Shown here: positions 1 to 12,601 of the stretch, piece by piece
How the letters are laid out: each line of letters starts with the position of its first letter
Numbering within the stretch: position 1 is the stretch's first letter
From: Veleropilina oligotropha
Lineage: Eukaryota
DNA length: 64,000 bases
Direction of reading: 5' to 3'
Assembly (NCBI GenBank): GCA_048128005.1
Contig: JBEUKZ010000047.1
Location: 124,001 to 188,000, forward strand
Notes under the pieces: generated by a model
Seen by the model: only the letters and a program-made list of their open reading frames with translations
Told to the model about the DNA's origin: nothing
Database searches by the model: none
Position numbers and translations under genes: made by a program

Positions 1-985
1 TAAAAACACCTTTTCCTGTGGCAAAGTGCTGTCTGTGCCACCTTCGCAAACTGTGAAATTGAATATGTATATTTGACGCGAATAATATGCTTGTTCATCA
101 GGTACCTTTGGTAGTACTTGGTTCTGTTGGTGATCAAAAGTTATTGAGTAGAGACCTTGCCGTCTTTCGCTAATTAGCTTATAATAAGCATTTGCTCGAC
201 GCATGTGGATAGTCTGCTCGGTCATCAAGTGCTGCTTTTCAGTATTCGACGTCGCATTTCTTATGCGAAATTTGTGTTGTTGGCAATGACTGCAAGCATC
301 AGTTTTCGGTGTACCAAACCCTAAGTGAAATTTTCCATGAAATATTTTTCGAAAGAATGTTAGTTTGACCTTTTTATCCTCGTTGGTTTGTTTGTTGTTG
401 TACATTTTCCACAAATTTTTTACATTTTTTAACTCGGACGGCAGATAGAGTTTCGTTGTTTTATTTCGGGAGTGGTGGGATTCTCGTGCCTTTAAAGATT
501 TGATAAAAGTAATAACTGAATTACGTTTTTCTATGAATTTATTTGATTTACGGTCACCACCTCTCCGTTCCGGTCTTTCAGTTCCCTGTTTGTGGTAATA
601 TGTCCCTATTCCTTCTACTCCTCTTCGGCCAACATTTAAAGTTTTAATAAACTTGTCTTTGCACACTCTAACTTTCGCGTTATCTTTGGTCCAAATATAA
701 TATGCCGTCTGGCCGTGCTCCTCGTTTCCTCTGACGTTGTCCTGCATCTATTTTCACGGGTCTTTTTTGTTTTGACACTGATTTGTTGCGTAATATAAAC
801 CGGTCCTGGTAAGCTTTGGTGGATTCCCTATAAAACTTCGCATTTAATGCTTTTAACTCATATTGTCCCAGCAATTCACATTTATATACCGTCTTTTTCT
901 TATGGGTGCAGTTGCATTCCTCCGGCTCCTTTGGACCATGTCTGGAAAAAGTAAAGTAGATATTAATTATACTTTTTATACACAT
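1..985 (-). pseudogene. Sola1-like DDD transposase, N-terminal part, one frameshift near 720-755, runs off window start
   Basis: Manual minus-strand translation of ~710->1 is open: VRVCKDKFIKTLNVG..ERRGGDR..ESHHSR..YLPSEL..LWKMY..FGTPKTDACSHC..TFDHQQNQVLPKVPDEQAYYSRQIYIFNF. These motifs are typical of Sola1 transposases. ORF 680..985 supplies the upstream frame. Confidence 0.75.
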
Positions 986-1596
986 TAACTATACCTTTAA
1001 ATTTGCAATTAATCAGACAGTAGCCTACATGAATTCAACCAACACACATGTGCATAAAATATTGTCTTATATTGCCCGAAAGGCAGCCACATATGATAGA
1101 CAGTTAAAGATTACATAACTGATCTGCTAAAAATCTAGGCCTAAGAATCTGTCAAAATGTACTAAGTGACTTTCATTCCGGTCAAGAAACATTGACTTAA
1201 TACAGCTGGTCAATTCCACTTCATACACACTGAAAAGTATCATATTATCACCTCAAACGCTGTTGCTTTTTCTGTTTGCTTTCCTTTTTTGTTTTTTTAT
1301 AGCATTTTCACCAACTTCTCTAAAACTGTCATCGGCGTCCGCCATTTTTTACTAGGGATAGAAGCTTTATTTTCATTGGTTAATTTTGACTTAGTACATT
1401 TTGAATTGCTCACTGATTGTCATATAGTACATTTTGCACTGCATCATGTTTTTGTATGAGCTATTTGCAGTACTTAGTACAGTTTGATAATGCAATATTA
1501 TTTCACCATAGCAAGGGAAATAACAAGACCATGACATTATGGGAGATAACTCAAAATATATAAAAATGTTATTTAGTACATTTTGCAGGGAACCTC
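1..1596 (-). mobile_element. Sola-like DNA transposon, left arm with putative terminus
   Basis: Transposase above. Repeated subterminal motif ttagtacattttg (~1156 inverted, 1390, 1425, 1474, 1573) ends at gggaacctc (1588-1596). The terminus is inferred. Confidence 0.45.
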
Positions 1597-2582
1597 CTCA
1601 AATATTCTGTGAACCAAAGGATGATCCCAAATGTCTCACTCTACATCCTCAATTCGAATCTGAACTGTGAATACTTGTAGCCTGTTCTGCTACAATCTTG
1701 ACTGTTTATTGTGGTGGAATCGAAGCAATTATCCTCTAAATCCTATTGGGCCAGTTTCCATATTATTATTAAAGCAAGTCGCATCTTCTCATGGATCATG
1801 TATCCACACGTCGTCTCTTAACGATTTCTTCTTCCTCTTTACAGCTGCATCCACCTTTCACTGTTTTTGCTTAACTTCTATGCAAACTGTGAATAAGGAT
1901 AGACTAGTGTAAATAATATTGTACTTTGAAGTCAATACATCGTATTTTAAACAACATGCATAAAGTATAAATAGTATACTCTCTCATGTGATAAAAATTA
2001 ATATATACAGGATCACAACAATCATTAATCAAGACTATAAGATAAATTTTAGTTTTTGAAACTAAAGGTTAGCTTGAAACATATTCCCTCAACAATATAC
2101 CACAAGATAAAACAAATTGACCCCCCCCCCCCATCACACATACTCATGCACCAATGCACAGCTCAAAATAACTTTTATATAAAATAGTTATGCAAAGTGC
2201 CATTTCCTGCCTTACCCCCAAAACCGATTTGCTTCCCGCGCCACTGTCAGCAAACCATTGCATATAATTTACTAGATTATAACTTGAACATATCGATAAT
2301 GCTGTCGTAATGTAGTTATATAATATTTGTATACAGTATATTTTATACGTGCGAAAAAGGAAACAAATTCATGTACAACTATTTGGGGACTTGCAGATTT
2401 AGGGTCCCCCAGTTATAGCGTTAGAACCGTGCTTACTAATACACTGACCCTAATGCTCTTAGTCATGAATATACACACGATTACTAACCCGGGGACCCTG
2501 AAACTGCAAAGTACCCTCAGTCAGGGCATGGCAGACCAATTTCTGCACATGCGCAGACATCGCTACTGCCCACAAGGGGCTG

Positions 2583-3604
2583 GATCGCTGCTTATCCTTC
2601 GTCTGTTTACGTTAGACGATTAGTGCAGTTCACTGTTGCTATATTATGTAATCACACTCCCTGGACGATAAAATTATCGAAATCACCATACAAAATCCAC
2701 ACCCACAGATTGCTTACTGTTATATAGAGCAATCAGTGGGTGGGGCTTTTTGCCTGTCGATTTTCGATCATTTCGCTACTTTATTCATTTATTTTGTGAC
2801 GTATTGTTCAGGTACTTACTCCTATAACATACCAGTCCTGGTTGACTTACGTGTTGTGTAGGAAGTATATAGCAGCCTCTAACGTTATTGGAGTACCAGG
2901 GACTGTGATATACTAGCATAGTCAATAATAATTTTCGACTTATGCGCCCGTTCGATTTGGTCAAGTTCACTGACACTGTTATATAGAAAGAGAGAGATTG
3001 CATGACCTGATTGAGGGAGTCTTGGGACTGTGGGACGGATAGACGGCGAAATCACCTGTTTTTAAACGGGTGTGCCCGCTAGTAATTAATATAGCAACAA
3101 TTAACTGCGCTAATCGTTAAAAGTAAACAGACGAACCATAAGCAGCGATCGATCCAGGCGACTGCCGCTGTGGTCACAGACAATCCGCACGTACTTGTCA
3201 ATAAAAACAACAACAAGTCCAGTATATTTCAAAGTGACGACTATTTATCAATATATGATTCTGTATTACTAAATTCATGTTCTACCCACCGTATATCAGC
3301 GCAACATTATTGTTTTCTTCCCCTTGGCAGTGACAACCAACTCATGGCGTCCGCCATTTTTTAAATGAAAGTGTGTGTAGGTGGTTCCCCTAAAAGGGAA
3401 TCCTTTCAACATAAACTGCAACGTCAAAAATCGTGGCACGGGCTACAAGCTAGGGGGGCATGCTTCTGGGGTCATTTGTTATATTTTGAGGTGACCAATA
3501 ATGTAAAATTTTCGGTATAGATTCAGGAGACATTTTTCCACCAGAAAATACCATAACATTTTTAAACCATTAAAATCGTATCAAAAGTGACGGTGCACAT
3601 TTAA
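2583..3604. mobile_element. Non-autonomous TTAA-type (Kolobok-like) element remnant with an internal ~64-bp inverted repeat
   Basis: 2583-2646 is the imperfect reverse complement of ~3088-3150. The element ends ...gtgcacat|ttaa (3601-3604), a TTAA that is native to LINE ORF2. The left end was not found. Confidence 0.35.
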
Positions 3605-5174
3605 AGCTAAATGTAAAAAAGCTTTAAATTTAATGAAAGTAGTTTCTAATACTGAATGGGGTGCTGATAAAACATTTTTATTACGACTTTACAGATCATT
3701 AATTAGATCAAAACTTGATTATGGGAGCATAGTATATGGCTCTGCTTGCCATTCATATCTTTAAAATGCTTGATCCAATCCATAATCAAGGGCTTCGACT
3801 TGCACTAGGGGCTTTCCGCACATCACCCATGGAAAGCCTCTATGTTGAAGCCAATGAACCATCTCTTACACACAGACGTGAAAAATTATCACTGCAATAT
3901 GCAATCAAATTAAAATCACACCCATCTAACCCAGCTTTCGAAACTGTATATACACCTAATTACGAAAAATTATTTCTGGCGAAACCAAACAAAATTGCAC
4001 CATTCGGCATTCGCATAAAACCTGCACTAGACAGCTCTGGCATACATGTAGGTCAAATTAGAACAAATTACATTCCGGATACTCCACCATGGACACTTAA
4101 AGTACCGGAAATTGACCTACAACTTACATCACTAAAAAAATCAAATACAGACACATCAGATTATCTCATAAAAGTGCACAATCCGGAATTAAAATATTCA
4201 GATCGTGCAAGCATATACACAGATGGTTCAAAAGATGCAGGATTAGTAGGAGCAGCTGCTGTCACTGGCAGACAATGTTTTCAAAACTGTCTGCCAGGCA
4301 GCGCGACTATTTTTACTGCAGAATTGAAGGCAATCGAGCTTGCGCTCAATTTTATCTCAATGAGTAATAGCAAGCATTTTATTATCTAATCCGACTCCCT
4401 CTCTAGCTTACAAGCATTGAAGGGGGTGAATAGAAACCCTATTATTTTAGATATTTTAATTAAATATAATAACCTTTTACCGGATAATGACATTATTTTA
4501 TGCTGGATTCCGAGCCATATCGGTATCCAGGGTAATGCGAAGACTGACCAAGCTGCCAAGGCAGCCTCGCATTTTAACCACACACTAAATTGCAAATTGC
4601 CTCACACTGATTTTAAACAAATCATCAATAAATATACAAATTCCACTTGGCAGCACTCTTGGAGTGAATGCACAAGGAATAAACTGCAGAATGTCCAACC
4701 TCTTCTTGGCTTGGCTATTGGGGCCCCTCTTGCAGACCAACACGGCGAGATGAGGTCGTCTTGGCCAGACTGAGAATTGGGCATTCTCACTACACTCACT
4801 CCCACTTGCTTAAAGGGGAGCCTCCACCTGAGTGTATTCCTTGTGCAATTGCCCTAACAGTCAAACATATATTATTGGATAGTGTCGATTTGGATCTCCC
4901 ACGCCAAATGCACTTTAGGGCAAACTCACTCCAAGAGTTATTTAAATTCACTCAGCTCGAAAATGTATTTGAGTTTTGCATTGCCTATTTTACTTGTAAA
5001 TATATTGATTCGTTTTTATTATTTTTCACATGTTTTATTTTATTGATATTTTATAATTAAATATGTATCACAACTTTTATCATTTTATAATAAACTATTA
5101 TATAATTAACTTTACCGACCCGATTATGACAATTATGGTGTCGGCGTGGTCGTTAAACATCAATCAATTCAATT
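3601..5174 (+). mobile_element. I/Nimb-like LINE, 3' fragment (end of ORF2 with RNase H, 3' UTR, tail), degenerate
   Basis: ORFs 3736..4389, 4417..4773 and 4761..5060 match ORF2 of the other copies (IYTDGSK, WIPSHIGIQGN, CIPC..HILLD). Ends gtcggcgtggtcgttaaacatcaatcaattcaatt. Confidence 0.95.
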
Positions 5175-6618
5175 CTGTTGAACCCTACATCCCAAACCCC
5201 TTGATATGCTTCAAATGCCAGTCATTTGGGCATCACAAGGACCGATGCAGAAGGAATCCCCATGCAGCGAAGAGGGTCATGACTCTGACTCTTGCTCGAA
5301 ACAGCCTGTCTGCAATAATTGCAGCCATTGCTCATACTCAAAGGACTGTCCGAAGTGGAAGCATGAGAAAGAGATCCAGAGGGTCAAGACTATCAACCGG
5401 ATATCAGTTCGAAGGAGATTCTCCGCATGGCTCTTCCTTAAGTTTCTTAACGGATCGAGGTTCGCCTGCAAGGCCGAGGATGGCCTTGGAGATAGTGAAC
5501 GGACTGGTGGAATCCCGCACTACTTCGGGCAGATCCTATGCTGCAATTGCTGCAGCACCGGAGCAAAAGCCAGTCACTCGATCCTCTTCGACGCAAACTG
5601 ACATCACCTGGTCATTTGGCGAAGCATTCTTCAGTACTTTCCCATCTCGAAATAATTTGGCATCATCATCATCAGAAACACAAACAACAAAACCTATCAA
5701 ACCTACTCGCAACTCGACAAAAGAGACTGCTGCTGCTTCGAAAGCAGCAGCCTCTAAGAAACAAACAACTAAGCCAAACAGACAGCCCAAAGGGTCCGAG
5801 GACCCAATTAAGCTGCATAATCGCTTTGATAATCTGATGGATACCATCGAACCATCAGATGACCAAAGCGATCCTGACACTATCATCAAGGACCTTGCCG
5901 CTGACATAATTGCTGCTGCTACCGAGAAGGGTAGGAAGGCAGCAGCAGCCAAAGTCAAGCTAAACCGACAGACTAAGGTGGTGGATGATCTACCCCTACC
6001 ACCACCGTCTGTTGACGATCCAATGGATGATAAATCATTGGATCGACCATCGGCAAAGCCCATACCTTCATCAAAGCCCGTACTTCCACCAAACAAGTAG
6101 TAAATTACAGTACTACACACGAATTACACCAACAACACAACATGACAGGTACACTAATACAATAGAATTGTAGAGGCATTAAACCGAATATTGATGAGAT
6201 CAATTTACTTATACAAGATCACAAACCAATAGCATTTTGTCTCAATGAACCTTACATGTAACTCACAGACAGCATATGCATTAAAGATCACTCACTATAT
6301 AATCACATTGTCACCACAGGTGACAAGGCTACAGGGGGGGTTTCAATCATCGTCAACAACAAAACACCACACAGCCAGGTCAACTTAAACACCAACTTAC
6401 AGGCAGTAGCGGTGAAAATATCAACTCACCAAGTAATAACTATTTGCTCGGTATACTTACCACCTAGCATAAACATACATCCTACTGACCTTGACCATCT
6501 CATCAATCAGCTACCGACCCCATTTGTATTGTGTGGCGATTTTAACGCCCACTGTATGGATTGGGGTGGTACTGATAAAGATAAACGGGGCCATCAAATA
6601 GAGGACTTTATTGGGAGA
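5175..6618 (+). mobile_element. I/Nimb-like LINE internal fragment (ORF1 3' half plus APE start) with an inverted patch at ~5404-5505
   Basis: VEPYIPNPLICFKC..., ORF1 C-terminus KPVLPPNK, then a degenerate APE domain (SVYLPP, GDFNAH) that stops at ~6618. Confidence 0.92.
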
Positions 6619-7260
6619 CCAGTGTTTATCGGTTCGCTGAAATTGATGTATTGCTTTGAAACATATAGCTACTTTCTCATACTTGTAGTATATGGCAGCA
6701 ATACTAACATAATAACCATATTTATTTCACAAACTAATTAGGCCTATTGTGCACCGCGACATTGTAATGACGTGGGCGTTCACTGTTTCAAGTGCTTCAC
6801 TGTTTGTTTACAAGTTGAAGTAGCCGCATCCAATTTTCATTTATAGCGATATTTATTATTTCAAGTTTTTCGTGTACAGGGTACATCCATTTCACAGTCG
6901 ATAACGGCGGCCTGCCTCTCTTTCTCGTGTCGACATCCGCCATGGAAACTGATATAAACAAACTCAGACCTTGAAATGACCCGGTAGATCGCGAGAGTGA
7001 TTTAGGGCGGAGCTAAGTGACGTGTTGAGCCGTCGTTCATTTCCGTATAAATCTCACGTACAATCGGCTCGAATTATGAGATCGATCTCATAATTCAATA
7101 AAAAAAGTTCAAATATTTATTACTAAGTGAAATTTTTTTTTGCCGTGTGTGGTAATCTCTGAAAGGTCCTAACTATATGCAATAAATCAATGCAGAAAGT
7201 GTAAGAGAGAACAGCATTTAAATACGTTTTAGCGATCTGAAGTAGATCCTGCATCTTTAA
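6619..7260. mobile_element. Right part of a Kolobok-like non-autonomous element
   Basis: Ends ttagcgatctgaagtagatcctgcatct|ttaa, sharing its terminus with the fold-back MITE at 47603-47946. Confidence 0.45.
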
Positions 7261-7429
7261 CAGCTTACTGTACCTAATCATGGTGAGCAAGTCTTACAGA
7301 TAAGCATGTCCCTTTCATCATACATAAATAATATTTACATAAGTAAACAAAAGAAATAAAGTTAACACTTCAAAAATTAAATTTCAATACACCAAATCAT
7401 TATTAAAAAAAATTGTACACGCTGTTTGG

Positions 7430-8950
7430 TGTTTTTGATCATTGTAGTCCAGGTCAATATTAATGATATCAGAATTTTTTTTTAAATATATATTTCAGAA
7501 ATGTAAAAGTAGCAAAAGACATAACTACTTAATCTAGTTAATGTGCGTACCAAGTTTTGTTAAGATGATTGGTACGGTTTGGGAGATATGCTCCGGTCAG
7601 AAGTGTCGCACATTATAGTCTATGTCAATCTTATATGTGCCATTTTTTGTAAAAATAAAAATTGCAGAAACCTGAAAACAGCAAAAGGCACAACCAATTA
7701 ACTTAGTTAATGTTTGTACCATGTTTTGATATGCAATCGTGTACGGTTTGGCAGATATGCTCAGCATGGACAAAGGCATCGTCCATTATGATGATATAAA
7801 CGTTTTATTCGGTTCACGAATATAAGTACAATAATGTACATGCTAACATTTTCAGATACACAGTAGGCACATCTTAATTTTGTGCATAATGTTCGGATCT
7901 AAGCTGGTGTCATCATTGATCCTGCCATCAGCCCATGAACACACACGTAAATGACAATGGTTTACACATTTGTTATTACATAATTTACAGTAACAATCAT
8001 CACGTACCGAGTAGCACTTGTTGGTTTTACAAATAAGGTTGTGAAACCCATTCGCGTACCAAAGACCAAGTGACCTACGTTTCGCTCCTGTGATGCTACT
8101 GATGATATTATTACAGGGGAGATAATCCTCAGATTTTCCATCGCCTAGGAAGATATCCGTACCCATATTGCAGGCAGGAGACCAATTTACCGCAGATAAA
8201 AGTTTTGTGGTTATAATCGTCCATTATAGTCTAAGTCAAACTAATATCCGCCATTTTTGTAAATAAAAATTTCAGAAACCTGAAATTAGCAAAAAAGGCA
8301 TAAGTACTCAACCTAGTTAATGTACGTACCATGTTTAGTGAAGCTATCCTGTATAATTTGGGAGATATGCTCCAGACATAGAACCCATTCAGTGCCTTCG
8401 TTCATTGTAGTCTATATCAATCTTATATCAGCAACTTTTTTAGAAATTAAAAAATTAAAAACCTGAAAATAGCAAAAGGCACAACTACTCAACCTAGTTA
8501 GTGTGTAAACCAAGTTTAGTGAAGCTAGCCTGTACAATTTGGAAGATATGCTCCGGACAAAGGCATCACCCATTATAGTCTATGGCAATCATATATCCGC
8601 CATCTTTTTTAAATACAAATTTCAGAAACCTGTAAATAGCAAAAGACACACCTAGTTAGTGTGTATACCAAGTTTAGTGAAGCTAGCCTGTACGGTTTGG
8701 AGATATGCTCCGGACAAGAGCGTCCTCCATTTTAGTCTATGTCAATCTTATATCCACAATTTTTTTTTAAATAAATATTTCAGATTCCTGAAAATATCAG
8801 AAGGTACAAGTACTCAATCTAGTTAATTAGTGTGTGAAGCTAGCCTGTACGGTTTTGGAGTTTTGCTCCGGACAAAGTCGAATGACCGGAAGGATGGACG
8901 AACGGAATGCTATATACCCCCAGCTACTTCGTAGCACGGGGTATAATAAT
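7430..8950 (+). repeat. HINE/Helentron-type element carrying a ~180-190-bp tandem core repeat
   Basis: About 5 diverged units (gaaacctgaaaatagcaaaaggcacaac...ggagatatgctccggaca). Followed by a ggac-type microsatellite and the 3' stem-loop tatacccc...ggggtata. Confidence 0.65.
7790..8215 (-). mobile_element. 5'-truncated LINE 3' end of a different family, with 12-bp TSD
   Basis: TSD atcgtccattat at 7778-7789 and 8216-8227. Minus-strand Cys-rich ORF end (CYCKLCNNKCVNHCHLRVC), then AATAAA and a short (atc) tail. Confidence 0.7.
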
Positions 8951-9334
8951 CTGTATTTGCATAGTTACCATGCCGTCTCAAAATTTATTTGTGTTTTCGA
9001 ACATGGACCAGAAGTCAAGGACAAATTGTGTAGCATGGTTGAAAGTAAATAGGCTTCTTCTTTTGAGCCATCCTGCAAGTTTCATTATGAAAGAATTATA
9101 ATTGCTTAGTTATCGTGCAGAACAAAATTTCTTTTTGTTTTCAAGCAAGGGCAAGATGTTATCAACAAATCAAGTGACGTGATTGAAAATGAAGAGGCTT
9201 CATCATTGTCACATGATTAAGCCATCCGGCCAGTTTCATTTTGAAATAATATATATTATTTAAGTTATCGTGCTGAAATGAAAAGTCAGTGACAAATTGA
9301 GGGAAAAGAACAGGCTTATTCCTACTGTCGTGAT

Positions 9335-10215
9335 CAACTCATCGGACAAGGTTCAATATGTATCCCCATGTAATCCAGGATGGTGGCCATCTATGAGGTT
9401 GGACCACATTCGCAATCTTTGCGTGCCGTGTCGTCACCCCAACCAATGTCCAAACCAAATTTGAAAACGATCACAAGTTATTATGCAGTTAAAATCCAAG
9501 ATGGAGGCCACAGCGGCCATCTTGGAAGTCGAAATACACCCAAAAACTATAGGCGTCATGTCCTTACCCAAAGCAATGCACATACCAATTTGAACACATT
9601 CTGATAAGAAATGGCCTGTCTAGGGCATTCAGGAGGAATCTCTCGGCGGCGGCCATCTTGGATGTCGGAGCACACCCGAAATCTATAAGTGTCGTGTCCT
9701 CACCCCAACCAATGCACATACCAAATTTGAAAACGTTCCATTAAGAAATGACCTGTCTAGAGTGATCACAAGCAATTATGGTGACCGTTGCGGCCATCTT
9801 GGAGGTCGGACTACACACAAAATATATAGGTGTCGTGTCCTCGCCCAAAACCCATGCACATACCAAATTTAAGAACATTCCGTTAAGAAATGACCCATAT
9901 AGAACGATCACATGGAATTATATCTTTAAAATCCAAGATGGAAGCCATGGCGGTCATCTTGGAGGTCAGACCACACCCAAAATCTATAGGTGTCGTGTCC
10001 TCGTCCCAACCAATGCACATACCAAACTGGAAAGCATTCCGTTAAGAAATGACCTGTCTAGTGCGATCACAAGGGATTGTGCTTAAAATCCAAGATGGAG
10101 GCCGTGGCGGCCATCTTGGAGGTCGGAAAACACCCAAATGGCCTGTCTAGTGCGATCACGACGCATCTCTCGGTGGCGCGCAACGAACGCTAAACCATAA
10201 TATCCCCCGATACGA
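9335..10215 (+). repeat. Second HINE-type element with ~130-160-bp tandem units
   Basis: Repeated aaaatccaagatgg..ggccatcttggaggtcgg..aatgcacataccaaattt..aagaaatgacctgtctag, ending aaccataatatcccccg. Confidence 0.6.
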
Positions 10216-10329
10216 TACAATTAATTATTGTGCAGAAAATACATTTTGTTTTGGGCCAGACTTCAGTGACAATTTAATCAACACAGCTGAAAATAAAACA
10301 TTGTTTTACGACCACTTTTAGATTTTTTT

Positions 10330-10503
10330 TACCTGTATCATAGTCAGGACACCCGGTTTAGGGTCTCACTCCATTATGACCGACATACATTAGGGATATG
10401 CCTTGTATTATTTTATGAGGTAGAACGGACCGCCGCTGATCTCGAACCCGGAAACAACTAACAGCTTCTGTTGAGAGTCTTACCCGCTAACCACTCACCC
10501 GCC
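10330..10503 (-). mobile_element. Possible decayed tRNA-derived SINE head
   Basis: Minus strand reads ggcgggtgagtggttagcg (A-box-like) ... gggttcgagatc (B-box-like). Confidence 0.3.
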
Positions 10504-10593
10504 GATGCTGCTAAAGATGATATATTTCTTGAGATATTGTGTGAAAACAAAGGCGGTGAACGGACAGACAGACGACGTACATCACCACAGCAT

Positions 10594-11240
10594 AAGACCG
10601 AATTTCGGTCTTCGTGAGAAATCTTATTTCCTGGTGAAGACCGAAGTCAGTCTTCGTGAGAAATCTTATTTCAGGGTGAAAACCGAATTCGGTCTTCGTG
10701 AGAAATCTGATTTCAGGGTGAAGACCGGATTCGGTCTTCGTGAGAAATCTGATTTCAGGGTGAAGACCGAATTTGGTCTTCGTGAGAAATCTGATTTCAG
10801 GGTGAAGACCGAATTCGGTCTTCGTGAGAAATCTGATTTCAGTGTGAAGACCGAATTCGGTCTTCGTGAGAAATCTTATTTCAGGGTGAAGACCGAATTC
10901 GGTCTTCGTGAGAACTCTGATTTCAGGGTGAAGACCGAATTCGGTCTTCGTGAGAAATCTGATTTTAGGGTGAAGACAGAATTCGGTCTTGGTGAGAAAT
11001 CGGATTTCAGGGTGAAGACCGAATTCGGTCTTCGTGAGAACTGTGATTTCAGGTTGTAGACCGAATTCGGTCTTCGTGAGAAATCTGATTGTAGGGTGAA
11101 GACCGAATTCGGTCTTCGTGAGAAATCTAATTTCAGGGTGAAGACCGAATTCAGTCTTCGCAAGCATTATTATTTCCTGGTCAAGACCGAATTCGGTCTT
11201 CTTGAGAAATCTTATTTTCGGTCTCTGTGAGAATTCTGAT
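10594..11240. repeat. 42-bp minisatellite (~15 units) built from two palindromes
   Basis: Unit gaagaccgaattcggtcttc-gtga-gaaatctgatttc-agggt. Period is 42 (e.g. 10804, 10846). Confidence 0.97.
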
Positions 11241-11279
11241 AATTGGGTAAGGACTAAATTCAACATTGTTACAACTTAA

Positions 11280-11780
11280 AACGATGGTCAAGACTGCGCA
11301 TGAGCCTTCAGCAGATAAATAGAGCGGTCTTGTCCCTATTTTTGATAGTTTTGACCCTCCAGCAGAATGGGTCAAACTGCAGCAGAATGTGTTCCAAGTG
11401 TTCTTCCAAATTCAAATTCAACTTTTTGAACTTTGGGCACAATACCGTTGATATTGCAGTATTTAATTTATGTAAATGAATAATTCCAAAAACATTCTCA
11501 TCTGGGACGGATGAACGTACTACAAGTAGAAGTGAACTGAGAGAGAGAACCACTCGGTGTCACTGTATCTTGCCATTCTTGTTTTGAAAAATAGTTCAAT
11601 TTTCGTTCTGATGCGGATTTTATTAGCGTGTCATCTTTACAAATAGTAAGAATTTTTGCGTACATTTTGTGGCTTTCTTTATTGATACCGTGCCGTCAGT
11701 TTCGCCAAAAATATCGCCATCGTCGAGGGTATCAATGCAATGTGCGTCGGTGCACTTTCGTTTCCATCCGCTTGTTCCAA
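11280..11780 (-). pseudogene. Possible Kolobok (Mutator-like) transposase N-terminal remnant
   Basis: Broken minus-strand translation KSASERKL ... GIIHLHKLNTAISTVLCP resembles the Kolobok N-terminal motif; many stops. Confidence 0.25.
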
Positions 11781-11912
11781 TTTTTTCCTATATTTACCTG
11801 AAAAATCGGCGGCCTTCGATATATATTTAGTGAAAACTAAAATATTTACATTTAAAACTCGTGGACAAAGTCTAATGCTAAAAAAAGTCTAGAAATACCT
11901 TCTAGTCGAAAT

Positions 11913-12010
11913 GTACACATTGCGCATGCGTAATGTAATATGCAAGCAAGCGTCACGTGGATCACGTGACGCCATTTGCCCAATCGCATTGGGGATTTCC
12001 TGGGGATTCC
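11913..12010. promoter_or_regulatory. Dense cluster of promoter-type motifs
   Basis: tgcgcatgcg (NRF1-like), gtcacgtg-ga-tcacgtgac (paired E-boxes), ccaat, ggggatttcc and ggggattcc (kappaB-like). Confidence 0.4.
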
Positions 12011-12601
12011 GGTTATAGTTATAATTAAAACGAACTAGGTTGAAAACGTCATGTTTTATTATGCTATAACTACACAACTAGAACAGAACTGAATAAAAAC
12101 TTGAAATTTGTCCACCGGACACGAATGCCTCCACTGCCAGCCTTTACCAGCGAAGTATGAATGATGATAAAAGCCAATCCATGAGGCCAGATGGAAGCTA
12201 CAGCAGAATGGAGTTACTCGCACGCAAATACTGGTTCAAAGATCTATGACATTTGACCTTGACCTTGGGCGCGACATGAGTGGGTCGCAGTAGCGAAGTA
12301 TGAATGACGATAAGCAAGTGTATGAAGTATCTGATTTGAATTGGTGTTTAACGACCACGCCGACACTATATGGTCATAATCGGGTCGGTCAATTTTACTT
12401 ATTACAAATTTAATATAAAATGTTAAAAAATTGGGATACATACTGATAAAAATAAATCATGCAAATAAAACACTTCCAAATAAAATAAAGCCATTGCAAA
12501 TTTAGGTAAAAAACAAAGCAACAATATAAAAATAAAAACGTTGATAAAAAACAAGTATAATAATAAAACAAGATATAAAATTGTGAAATAAAATTATAAG
12601 A

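Noticed and set aside
1600..3400. Short ORFs as host genes (also 48148-49816, 56530-57144 and antisense ORFs over LINEs)
   Set aside because: No recognisable domains; AT-rich or shadow frames.
10594..11240. CRISPR array, or repeat-protein genes (ORFs 10505..11059 and 10511..11266)
   Set aside because: The spacers are repeated too, there are no cas genes, and the ORFs follow from a stop-free 42-bp unit.
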